Positions 9,035-16,753 of a DNA stretch of 20,000 bases are shown piece by piece. The DNA comes from an uncultured virus (IMG/VR IMGVR_UViG_3300028833_000062). Its lineage: Duplodnaviria > Heunggongvirae > Uroviricota > Caudoviricetes. The stretch lies in the IMG/VR virus record IMGVR_UViG_3300028833_000062. One strand, 5' to 3'. Position 1 is the first letter of the stretch. Every line of letters starts with the position of its first letter. The position numbers and the translations under genes are program-made. The notes below the pieces were generated by a model, which did no database searches, was not told the DNA's origin, and saw only the letters and a program-made list of their open reading frames with translations.

Positions 9035-9862
9035 TTATAAGAATATGCTATTTAATTCAGCAGTAGTTAATTCTGATAAATTACTTATATATGAATGAAT
9101 ATAACTAATAGATGTTGCTGTAACTTCTTCATCTTCAATTATTTTATCTACTAAATATGTATAAGTGCTTGCAATATAAGAAGCAACAGCTGAAGTTGAT
9201 GGATAATATGTATTTGAAATATTGTTAGAATTACTTAAATCAGTTACTTTATTTGCAATATCTTCTTTAGCGGTCATATCAATATTTTCAAGAGCTGCAG
9301 AAGTGATATATCCATAAGAGTTGATAGCATTAATTCTATTATTAAGATCATTTAATGATGCTGCAGTAACTTCTTCACTATCATCAATTATTTGATCAAT
9401 ATCAGATTTAGTATAATAATTGTTTGAATCAAAAATGTCTTTAATAGGTATTTTAATATCACTCTTTCCAGAGACAGTATTAAAATCTATAAATAAATAA
9501 GAAGTTCCGTAAGTTTCTGCATCTGTTGAATTATAATTTTCAATAGATACAGAATCAACCATACCATCAATTATAAAACTAGAACAATCAATACTTGCTA
9601 CTTGAGTACCACTTGCTCCACCATTTTTAAATATTATATTATGATTTACAGAATCATAATTTGCATAATCAAAAAATGTTGAAAGCTTAGCTAAGTATGC
9701 ATTAGTAAAGTCATTAGTTGAAAGACCTTTACCTTCTTCTTTTTCTACATAATTCTCTAATTGTGATTGTATAACACCAAGTTCAGCTTCAAGTTGAAGT
9801 TGATGATATTGTTTAAGTGCATTTACAACAAATTCTCTTACATTATTAAAAGTTTGTGGCAT
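9035..9862 (-). CDS. Putative fibre subunit
   Basis: Motifs common in phage fibre proteins: VEKEEGKGLSTNDFT, IDCSSFIIDGMV, EEVTAASLNDLNNRI, KEDIANKVT. N-terminus shared with 6400..8949. Confidence 0.7.
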   Translation of the reverse strand: MPQTFNNVREFVVNALKQYHQLQLEAELGVIQSQLENYVEKEEGKGLSTNDFTNAYLAKLSTFFDYANYDSVNHNIIFKNGGASGTQVASIDCSSFIIDGMVDSVSIENYNSTDAETYGTSYLFIDFNTVSGKSDIKIPIKDIFDSNNYYTKSDIDQIIDDSEEVTAASLNDLNNRINAINSYGYITSAALENIDMTAKEDIANKVTDLSNSNNISNTYYPSTSAVASYIASTYTYLVDKIIEDEEVTATSISYIHSYISNLSELTTAELNSIFL

Positions 9863-9882
9863 ATATTATTTAATATTATTTT

Positions 9883-10071
9883 TTATTCATTATTTTTTAT
9901 ACTATTCAATTCATCATCGGTTAAAGAAGATAAATTATCTAATGTATCTTTTATATTTTGTATATCTTTTTCAACACCATTAAGTTTATCTTGTATAATT
10001 TTTGTATACAAGTCATAATATTTTTTTAATGAACGTTTTGTAGTATCTTGTATAAGTTCTCTAGTATTCAT
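9883..10071 (-). CDS. Small coiled-coil protein, putative fibre connector
   Basis: 62 aa; its C-terminus NLSSLTDDELNSI matches NLSELTTAELNSI of 9035..9862. Confidence 0.65.
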   Translation of the reverse strand: MNTRELIQDTTKRSLKKYYDLYTKIIQDKLNGVEKDIQNIKDTLDNLSSLTDDELNSIKNNE

Positions 10072-10076
10072 AAAAA

Positions 10077-10331
10077 TTATTCTGTAGGCATTAATGCTAA
10101 TATTTCTTCATCAGTAAGTTTTTCATATTCATCATTATTATAAAAAACACCATGAGTCCATATAAGATGTTCATCTTCTATAAAACATATATTTTCCCAT
10201 AGAATATCTGGTTTACCAATCTGCTCGGATGAATCTCCTATAATATAACCAGCATTTAATTCACTAGTTGAAATTTTTAGTGTATCAAATTTATCTTTAG
10301 AATCTATATATTTTAATGGTTTATTAAACAT
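10077..10331 (-). CDS. Small fibre-associated protein
   Basis: ICFIEDEHLIWTHGVFY resembles ISFLSGTGEIMTNGEIF in 10421..11458; C-terminus LTDEEILAL. Confidence 0.7.
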   Translation of the reverse strand: MFNKPLKYIDSKDKFDTLKISTSELNAGYIIGDSSEQIGKPDILWENICFIEDEHLIWTHGVFYNNDEYEKLTDEEILALMPTE

Positions 10332-10350
10332 ATTTAAAACTTACACTTAT

Positions 10351-10404
10351 TATATATAAAAATAAAACTATGAAAACTACTTTAGTTTATTTTTAAATAT
10401 ATAA
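10351..10404. promoter_or_regulatory. Back-to-back pair of motif B sites between divergent fibre operons
   Basis: TTATTTTTATATATA on the minus strand (10351-10365) and the variant TTATTTTTAAATATATA on the plus strand (about 10387-10403). Confidence 0.6.
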
Positions 10405-10420
10405 AAATATAATATATATT

Positions 10421-11458
10421 ATGCCAACAAATTCAAGTTTAAATAAAATATTTGTTTATGTTCCTTCTTCAGAAGTTGATGGATTTAAAATTGGCGCAGG
10501 TAAAACTAATGCTTATAAAGGTAAAATATCATTTCTTTCAGGTACTGGAGAAATCATGACTAATGGAGAAATATTTGCAATGAATAGAGATGCAGATATT
10601 CAAGCTCTTCAAGATTTACTTGGTACAAATTCTAATACATTAGCAGCTGATTTAGGTTTTAATGCTGAAACAATAGTAGCAGCAATTAAATATGTATATG
10701 ATCTTGTTAATACAAATACAGATGAAATTGAAGGAAGATTAGATATTATTCAAGGAACTGGTGAAGGTTCTATTACAAAAGCTGTTAATGATGCTATATC
10801 TGCTCTTGTAAATAATGCTCCTGAAGCACTTGATACTCTTAAAGAAATTGCTGATTGGATCTCAAGAGATGGTGCTGATGCTACTAATCTTATTACAAGA
10901 ATGGAAAAAATTGAAGCACAAGTTGAAGAAAATGAACAAGTTACAGCTGGAGCATTAATTGATTTACAGAATCAAATTGATGAAATAACCGGTGGTGATG
11001 GTTCAATTTCACAACAGATTAATGCTAAAGTTGAAACACTTGATTCATCAGTTACTCTTGGTGGAAGCACTATATCTCAACCACAAAATATAAATATTGA
11101 TACAACAATTGATGTACTTGGTTCTGTAACAATTTCTGAAACTGATGGTAAAATAGATGGAGAATCTGTTGGTAAATCTGCTAAAATAGTTCTTCAGGCT
11201 GATGCTGCTGGTGCTGCAAAGAAAGCGCATGATATTCTTTATGGTGATATTAATACTGATACAACAGATTCAATGACAATTGTTGGTATTCGTTCTAGAG
11301 TTGATTTATTAAATCGTCGTGGTACACTTTCAGTAAGTACAGATCCTTTAAAGTCAGTTGAATTTGATAATTCTAATGATTCACATCTTGTAACTGGTGA
11401 AAATCTTAGAGATACTATAAATGCTATTCAAATGTGGGAAACATATACATCAGAATAA
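10421..11458 (+). CDS. Putative fibre/virion structural protein
   Basis: LVNNAPEALDTLKEIADWI (common tail-fibre motif), GEGSITKAV, ENEQVTAGALIDL; coiled-coil character. Confidence 0.75.
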   Translation: MPTNSSLNKIFVYVPSSEVDGFKIGAGKTNAYKGKISFLSGTGEIMTNGEIFAMNRDADIQALQDLLGTNSNTLAADLGFNAETIVAAIKYVYDLVNTNTDEIEGRLDIIQGTGEGSITKAVNDAISALVNNAPEALDTLKEIADWISRDGADATNLITRMEKIEAQVEENEQVTAGALIDLQNQIDEITGGDGSISQQINAKVETLDSSVTLGGSTISQPQNINIDTTIDVLGSVTISETDGKIDGESVGKSAKIVLQADAAGAAKKAHDILYGDINTDTTDSMTIVGIRSRVDLLNRRGTLSVSTDPLKSVEFDNSNDSHLVTGENLRDTINAIQMWETYTSE

Positions 11459-11475
11459 AAATATTAAATTTGATT

Positions 11476-11709
11476 ATGAGATATTTAAAGATATTTAATA
11501 GTAAAAAAGAAAGAGATCTTGCATTTATTAATGGAGATATAAATACTAATTCAATAACAATTTGGGGTAAAGATGCTGTTGATAAAGGAGATGGTAAAAT
11601 TGAATATGGTATAGGTAATGGTGCTCATCAATTAAATCTTGGTGTTGGTGATGTAAATAATAATTATGATGATAATGATGAATCATATGATGATTCAAGT
11701 AATGATTAA
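11476..11709 (+). CDS. Small protein with an acidic tail
   Basis: ATG at 11476 (MRYLKIFNSKKERD...) preferred over 11434 because it avoids overlap with the upstream gene. Confidence 0.6.
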   Translation: MRYLKIFNSKKERDLAFINGDINTNSITIWGKDAVDKGDGKIEYGIGNGAHQLNLGVGDVNNNYDDNDESYDDSSND

Positions 11710-11721
11710 TAATTTAAAATT

Positions 11722-11736
11722 TTATTTTTATATATA
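11722..11736 (+). promoter_or_regulatory. Motif B TTATTTTTATATATA
   Basis: Exact copy 17 nt before the ATG at 11754. Confidence 0.6.
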
Positions 11737-11753
11737 ATTTAATAAGTTAATTT

Positions 11754-12230
11754 ATGAAATCATTAAAAGATTATTACTTATTTGAAGATGAAGATCAATT
11801 TGTTTCTTTAAATTATAAAACAACAGAAGAAACAAATGATGCTGATGGTGTAGAATTAGCTCCACCGATAAATCAATCATTGAATAAAGAAATTCAAACT
11901 GATCCTGAAGATATTCTTCCAGGAGGAATTGATGCTAAGATTGTTGGGGAATTAAGACTTTACTCAGAAACATCACAAATATTTAATGAAAGAAAAAGAA
12001 AAATTGCACAATCATTTAAATCTCGTCTTAGTGAACCTGAAATAAATGCTAATAGAATTAAATATACTAAAATATTTGAATATTATATTAATCATTTAAT
12101 AACATATTATAAAAAGAATGTTGATGAGAATTTTAAAATCAATATTTCTTCTAAAGAAGAATTAAAGAGGCAAATTGCAGATGATTTTGTAATGTTAATA
12201 AAAAATATGGAGATTATTCCAAAAATATAA
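11754..12230 (+). CDS. Hypothetical protein with a capsid-targeting-like leader (MKSLKDYYLFE)
   Basis: 158-aa monocistronic ORF between motif B and a terminator. Confidence 0.75.
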   Translation: MKSLKDYYLFEDEDQFVSLNYKTTEETNDADGVELAPPINQSLNKEIQTDPEDILPGGIDAKIVGELRLYSETSQIFNERKRKIAQSFKSRLSEPEINANRIKYTKIFEYYINHLITYYKKNVDENFKINISSKEELKRQIADDFVMLIKNMEIIPKI

Positions 12231-12258
12231 GGATTTAGATTTTTCTAAATCCTTTTTT
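12229..12258 (+). terminator. Intrinsic terminator
   Basis: AAGGATTTAGA / TCTAAATCCTT stem followed by Ts. Confidence 0.85.
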
Positions 12259-12259
12259 A

Positions 12260-12287
12260 TTGAATTATTTATATTTATTTCTATATT
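12260..12287 (+). promoter_or_regulatory. Motif A promoter TTGAAT-N16-TATATT
   Basis: Followed by ATAATGTA, exactly as in the copy at 2248. Confidence 0.65.
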
Positions 12288-12308
12288 ATAATGTAAAATA
12301 ATTGTAAT

Positions 12309-12668
12309 ATGAAAAAGTTAATTATAATCATTTGTTTACTTATCGGAACAATTACTTGTTATTCTCAGAATACAAGTCAAAATTATTCTAATGATCCTGA
12401 AGTACAGGAACTTTGTCAAGGTGTAGTTAAAGTTGTAGATAAAGTTATTACTAATGGAAAGAATGTAGTAAAAGAAGTTGTTTCAGAGGCAAAAGAATAT
12501 AAGAAAGATATTGATGAATGTATGCCTCAAGAAACAAAGGATTGGTATAAAAATAATTATAATAGCATTGTAAAGGCTAATAAAGAAGGGTACAAGCATT
12601 TTAAGAAATCTTGTCATGATGCTTTTCGTGCTGGTCTTAGAGGTGAAAAATATAAAATAAACAAATAA
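12309..12668 (+). CDS. Secreted or periplasmic hypothetical protein
   Basis: Signal-peptide-like MKKLIIIICLLIGTITCYS-Q. Confidence 0.75.
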   Translation: MKKLIIIICLLIGTITCYSQNTSQNYSNDPEVQELCQGVVKVVDKVITNGKNVVKEVVSEAKEYKKDIDECMPQETKDWYKNNYNSIVKANKEGYKHFKKSCHDAFRAGLRGEKYKINK

Positions 12669-12682
12669 AATTATATAAAGTT

Positions 12683-12949
12683 ATGTTAGTATTTATTATA
12701 TTTATTATTTTAATAATTGTTAGTGGTTTTATATCATTTCGTTCAGCAGAGATTCATGAACTTCATAAGATGCGTGCAGCATTCAGTGATGTAAAAGAAA
12801 GAATTGAACATATAAAGAATGAATATGAAAAACACAAGAATGAAAATTATGATGATTTTACTAATGGTGAAATTGAAGGAGAATTGAAAGAACTTAATGA
12901 AGTTATTGAAATCGTTGATGAAGAGATTGAAAAAGTAAAAATTATATAA
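12683..12949 (+). CDS. Membrane-anchored coiled-coil protein
   Basis: Hydrophobic N-terminus followed by a charged helical region. Confidence 0.75.
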   Translation: MLVFIIFIILIIVSGFISFRSAEIHELHKMRAAFSDVKERIEHIKNEYEKHKNENYDDFTNGEIEGELKELNEVIEIVDEEIEKVKII

Positions 12950-12993
12950 AAATAATTTTCAAGTAATATGTATTGTACATTAGTATAATAAAT

Positions 12994-13343
12994 ATGTTAC
13001 ATCTAAATAAAAAACATCTAAATAAAAATATAAGTGTTTCAGATCAGAATTTTGGAATTGATATTGAAACACAAGGAATTAGAGATTTATTAGAAAATAA
13101 AGATAAATTTAAAGAATTATATATTAATTTTATTGGAGAAGAAGCATGGAAGGACCTATGTTCACAACCCCCGCGGCCACGACAGGAATTGGAAACCCAT
13201 CCGGTCCAAGTGAAATTGGAAATGGACAAAATGATGGAGGAACAATTGAAAAAGTTGGTTCAGGAGACACATTTAACTTTAAAAGAAAACATAAAAAATT
13301 TAAGTCTTTAAAAGATTATTTAAAAAAGAAAAAGAATGACTAA
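12994..13343 (+). CDS. Probable single gene split by a 1-nt frameshift near 13144 (MLHLNKK...IGEE / MEGPMFTTP...KSLKDYLKKKKND)
   Basis: After GAA GAA GC the first frame uses atypical codons (CCC CCG CGG CCA CGA), while the frame from 13146 mostly has typical codon usage and overlaps the next start. Confidence 0.5.
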
Positions 13344-13653
13344 AGAAGAATTTGCTGCTTGGCTTAAAGAACATAATGGTAAATGTTCTATTAAAGATCT
13401 TGAAGATCTTGGATTTAAATATCATCCTCATTCTCCTTATGGTTATTGGACTGATGAGGAAAATAAGTTTGCATTAGTTTTTGAAGATTCTATTGTTGAA
13501 CCGTATCAGCCACCTAAAACAGAAGAAGTTCTTAAACAGATGGAAACATTTTTAGATTCACAGCATTATGAATCAGTTTTAGATATTGATTTAAATAAGA
13601 AGTGGTACGATAAGTTTTACGAGCATAAAGGAAGAAAAAGATGGCAAAGGTAA
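13336..13653 (+). CDS. Hypothetical protein
   Basis: 105-aa ORF overlapping its neighbours, typical codon usage. Confidence 0.75.
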   Translation: MTKEEFAAWLKEHNGKCSIKDLEDLGFKYHPHSPYGYWTDEENKFALVFEDSIVEPYQPPKTEEVLKQMETFLDSQHYESVLDIDLNKKWYDKFYEHKGRKRWQR

Positions 13654-13934
13654 ATCTTGTTGAAGAACTTAATAAGCATCTTGCTTCTATGACTGAAGAA
13701 GAGAAGCAGAAAGAATGGGATGAACTTAAGAAGTGGAATGATGTAGGTCCTACTGTTGAAGAATATATCCATGATCTTAAACATTCTGCTAAGCAAAAAG
13801 TAGAATTTTGTGAAAAAGAAATCCAGCGTCTTGAACTTACTGGTGAATGGACTAAGTGTAAAGAAAAATGGAGATACTTGAAGAAGAATCTCAGATACTG
13901 GAAACATTATCTAGAAGAACTAGAAAGAAAATAA
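13641..13934 (+). CDS. Hypothetical protein
   Basis: 97-aa helical ORF, typical codon usage. Confidence 0.75.
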   Translation: MAKVNLVEELNKHLASMTEEEKQKEWDELKKWNDVGPTVEEYIHDLKHSAKQKVEFCEKEIQRLELTGEWTKCKEKWRYLKKNLRYWKHYLEELERK

Positions 13935-13946
13935 TTTATTTTTAAT

Positions 13947-14034
13947 AGTATCTTAGTTTAAATGTATATGGTAAAGCACTGGCCGTTTACTTTGTAAGGA
14001 CCATGAGATGAGAGTTCGAATCTCTCAGATACGT
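13947..14034 (+). tRNA. tRNA-like RNA with a non-canonical anticodon arm (possibly Gln-TTG derived; identity uncertain)
   Basis: Acceptor stem GTATCT/AGATAC; TA at positions 8-9; D stem GTTT/AAGC with GG in the loop; perfect T arm GAGAG-TTCGAAT-CTCTC; no encoded CCA. Confidence 0.65.
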
Positions 14035-14060
14035 CTATATAAATATATTCTATATCAATT

Positions 14061-14180
14061 ATGCAAGAAGATTTTAGTTATCTTTCTTCTGAATTGATAT
14101 TAGTGAGAAAAAAAGAAAATCTTGATTTGATGAAAATTATAGATGAAATAAATTCAGAAGAAAAAGAAAGAGAAGATTAA
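14061..14180 (+). CDS. Possible 39-aa peptide MQEDFSYLSSELILVRKKENLDLMKIIDEINSEEKERED
   Basis: ATG..TAA frame fills the gap between the tRNA-like gene and the terminator; below the ORF-track cutoff. Confidence 0.4.
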   Translation: MQEDFSYLSSELILVRKKENLDLMKIIDEINSEEKERED

Positions 14181-14197
14181 TAAATCTTCTCTTTTTT
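14167..14197. terminator. Bidirectional terminator
   Basis: AAAGAGAAGATT / AATCTTCTCTTT stem between convergent genes. Confidence 0.85.
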
Positions 14198-14203
14198 ATT
14201 TTA

Positions 14204-14695
14204 TTAAAATGGTAAACTATCTTCTATTGATTTTTTTAATTTTTTTAAAAAATCTTTATTATTTTTACAGTCATCATTAAAATATGATTCTATAATATTA
14301 AAATTATAAATAATATCTTCTAATGATTTATTTATATATACATCATTAGTTGCATAATTAGTAGACCAATCCCAATCATAATAATCATTGAATATTATTA
14401 CAAAAATTAAAATATTATTTAATTGCTCTTTATTAGGTATATTAAAAGAATATATACTATCATTTCCATTTTTTGAATCAAATTTTATTTCAACTCCAGT
14501 TAAATCTAAACCAAAATAACCTGAACAATATTTATATATATTTTCTTGATTTAACTCTGAATCAACCTTTGTATTAAGTTTATTATGCTTTTTATCAAAA
14601 AGAATTTTAAGATCTATTGGAAAAGATAATCCATTAGATTTTAATTTTTTATTTAAATGAAGTTTCTCTATTATATATGTATTTAAATTAATCAT
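14204..14695 (-). CDS. YIIEKLHLNK-leader family protein
   Basis: Starts MINLNTYIIEKLHLNKK. Confidence 0.8.
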   Translation of the reverse strand: MINLNTYIIEKLHLNKKLKSNGLSFPIDLKILFDKKHNKLNTKVDSELNQENIYKYCSGYFGLDLTGVEIKFDSKNGNDSIYSFNIPNKEQLNNILIFVIIFNDYYDWDWSTNYATNDVYINKSLEDIIYNFNIIESYFNDDCKNNKDFLKKLKKSIEDSLPF

Positions 14696-15080
14696 CTATT
14701 AATGAAAATATAAATTTATATCCTTTTCCTTTATCTTTTGGTGGAATCCAATATTTTTTAATTTTTAATTTTTCTAATTTTTCAGCTGTATAATTATCAT
14801 CTATATAATTATATAAATTATCAGCAAAATCTCTAAAACTCCATTCTTCTAATGTCATTTTTCTAAACCAAACAACAGCACCTAATGATTTACCAAAATA
14901 TTTAATTTTTATATTATATTCAGTAAAATCTTCTCTGTTTGGATAATATTTATCAAGAAATCCTTCAATTATATTTTTTATATTAATATATCTTTTATCA
15001 TTATCATTAAAATTATTAGATAATTTAATATCTTTATTAAGATGAAGTTTCTCTATTATATATTGTGATAATACTTTCAT
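14688..15080 (-). CDS. YIIEKLHLNK-leader family protein
   Basis: Starts MKVLSQYIIEKLHLNKD. Confidence 0.8.
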   Translation of the reverse strand: MKVLSQYIIEKLHLNKDIKLSNNFNDNDKRYINIKNIIEGFLDKYYPNREDFTEYNIKIKYFGKSLGAVVWFRKMTLEEWSFRDFADNLYNYIDDNYTAEKLEKLKIKKYWIPPKDKGKGYKFIFSLIDD

Positions 15081-15094
15081 TATTAAATATATTA

Positions 15095-15143
15095 TATATA
15101 TAAAAATAAACGTTCAATTATTCAGTTCTTATTTTTATATATA
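15095..15143. promoter_or_regulatory. Back-to-back pair of motif B sites
   Basis: TTATTTTTATATATA on the minus strand (15095-15109) and the plus strand (15129-15143), 14 and 17 nt from the respective ATGs. Confidence 0.65.
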
Positions 15144-15160
15144 GATATATGTAAAACAAA

Positions 15161-15577
15161 ATGAAAGTTGTAAATTTTGAAGGTACTAATATTTATGTAA
15201 ATAAATTATTACCATTTCCAAGCTTTTGGGCAATGATGTTGTTTGGACTTATCTTTATGAGAGCTGAATTTGAAGATCATTTATATAATGATTATAAAAA
15301 ACCAGCAACAAGAAAAATGGTAAATCATGAAAATATTCATAAAGAACAAATTAAAGATTTTGGTCTTCTATTTTTCTGGTGTAAACCATTACAATTAATA
15401 TTTGGTGGAATTATATTTTATTTAATATATATATTAGAATGGTTTATAAGATTATTTATAAATGGTTCTGCAGCTTACAAAAATATATCCTTTGAAAGGG
15501 AAGCTTATAACAATGAGTTGGATTTCAAATATATTCAAGAAAAAAGAAAGCACTTCAACCAGTGGCGCAAGTGCTAA
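15161..15577 (+). CDS. Small membrane protein with an HExxH zincin-like motif
   Basis: VNHENIHKEQ, a hydrophobic FYLIYILEW segment, and AYKNISFEREAY with a downstream Glu. Confidence 0.75.
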   Translation: MKVVNFEGTNIYVNKLLPFPSFWAMMLFGLIFMRAEFEDHLYNDYKKPATRKMVNHENIHKEQIKDFGLLFFWCKPLQLIFGGIIFYLIYILEWFIRLFINGSAAYKNISFEREAYNNELDFKYIQEKRKHFNQWRKC

Positions 15578-16328
15578 GAAACCTGTTGCTATTAATAACA
15601 ATACAATACAAGCAACTAAAAAGATAGAATTAATATCTTTTGGTAGTGAATTACCTTCTGCTATATGCATAGGAGAAATTAAGAAAAGAATACCTGAATA
15701 TTATAAAAACATATATGTTATTCTAGATAATGGACATGGAGAAGAAACTCCTGGAAAAAGAAGTCCAGATGGAAAATTTAGAGAATATAGGTTCAATAGA
15801 GTAATTGTATCTATGATTGCTGAAGAACTTGAAAAATTAGGTATTGCATATCATATTCTTGTTCCAGAAACTTGTGATATTTCTCTTAAAGAAAGAGTTA
15901 TAAGAGCAAATAAGATTCATCAAGAACAACATAAGAATGGTAAAACAGTTATACTTATTTCAGTTCATGCGAATGCCGCTGGTAAAAATGAATGGTCAAA
16001 TGCTACTGGATGGAGTGGATGGACAAGTAAAGGGGTAACTGAAAGTGATACTTTAGCTGCTTGTCTTTATCAAGCAGCTCATGAAGTTCTTGATCCTAAA
16101 GGAATGAAAATCAGAAAAGATATGTCAGATGGAGATGAAGACTATGAAGAAAACTTCTATATTGTATATAAATCAAGTATGCCTTCTGTACTTACTGAAA
16201 ACTTCTTTATGACAACAAAAACTGATGTAGCATATCTTAATTCAGAAGAAGGAAAAAGAGATATTACTGATATACATATTAAAGGTATACAAAAATATAT
16301 TGAGTTAAAATTTAATACTAAAATGTAA
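15513..16328 (+). CDS. N-acetylmuramoyl-L-alanine amidase (Amidase_3), probable endolysin
   Basis: ILDNGHG, FREY, ISVHANA and VLTENFFM supply the Zn ligands and catalytic Glu. Start at 15513 (MSWISNIF) preferred to 15462. Confidence 0.92.
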   Translation: MSWISNIFKKKESTSTSGASAKKPVAINNNTIQATKKIELISFGSELPSAICIGEIKKRIPEYYKNIYVILDNGHGEETPGKRSPDGKFREYRFNRVIVSMIAEELEKLGIAYHILVPETCDISLKERVIRANKIHQEQHKNGKTVILISVHANAAGKNEWSNATGWSGWTSKGVTESDTLAACLYQAAHEVLDPKGMKIRKDMSDGDEDYEENFYIVYKSSMPSVLTENFFMTTKTDVAYLNSEEGKRDITDIHIKGIQKYIELKFNTKM

Positions 16329-16335
16329 TTGAATA

Positions 16336-16674
16336 ATGATTAATATTAATACATATATAATAGAGAAACTTAAACTGAATAAAGATACTAAATATGATGA
16401 TTTTACATATATTAAAAAATTTATTGAGGATAAATTTAATAATATTGGGTATGAATATAAATTAGATTTGTTAAATCATCATGATGATACTATGGGAGCA
16501 TATGTATATATTACTATTAAAAAAATATTACCAAAATTAGAAATAAATAAAATAGTTAAAGAAATTAATAAAGATTTTAAAAATAACAATTTTCCATATA
16601 AATGTTTTGATGATTATTGTTATGCCAGCGGAGTTAAAATTGCAACAACTTTTACAATTTTTAAAATTAAATAA
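16336..16674 (+). CDS. YIIEKLxLNK-leader family protein
   Basis: Starts MININTYIIEKLKLNKD. Confidence 0.8.
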   Translation: MININTYIIEKLKLNKDTKYDDFTYIKKFIEDKFNNIGYEYKLDLLNHHDDTMGAYVYITIKKILPKLEINKIVKEINKDFKNNNFPYKCFDDYCYASGVKIATTFTIFKIK

Positions 16675-16698
16675 TATTTCGCGTATCATTAATGAAAT

Positions 16699-16732
16699 GG
16701 ATATTGAATAGTTCAATATCCTTTTCTATTTT
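16699..16732 (+). terminator. Terminator hairpin overlapping a motif A promoter
   Basis: GGATATTGAA-tag-TTCAATATCC-TTTT; TTGAAT at 16704-16709, a 17-nt spacer, then TATTTT at 16727-16732. Confidence 0.65.
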
Positions 16733-16753
16733 ATATATGTAAATAGTATAATT

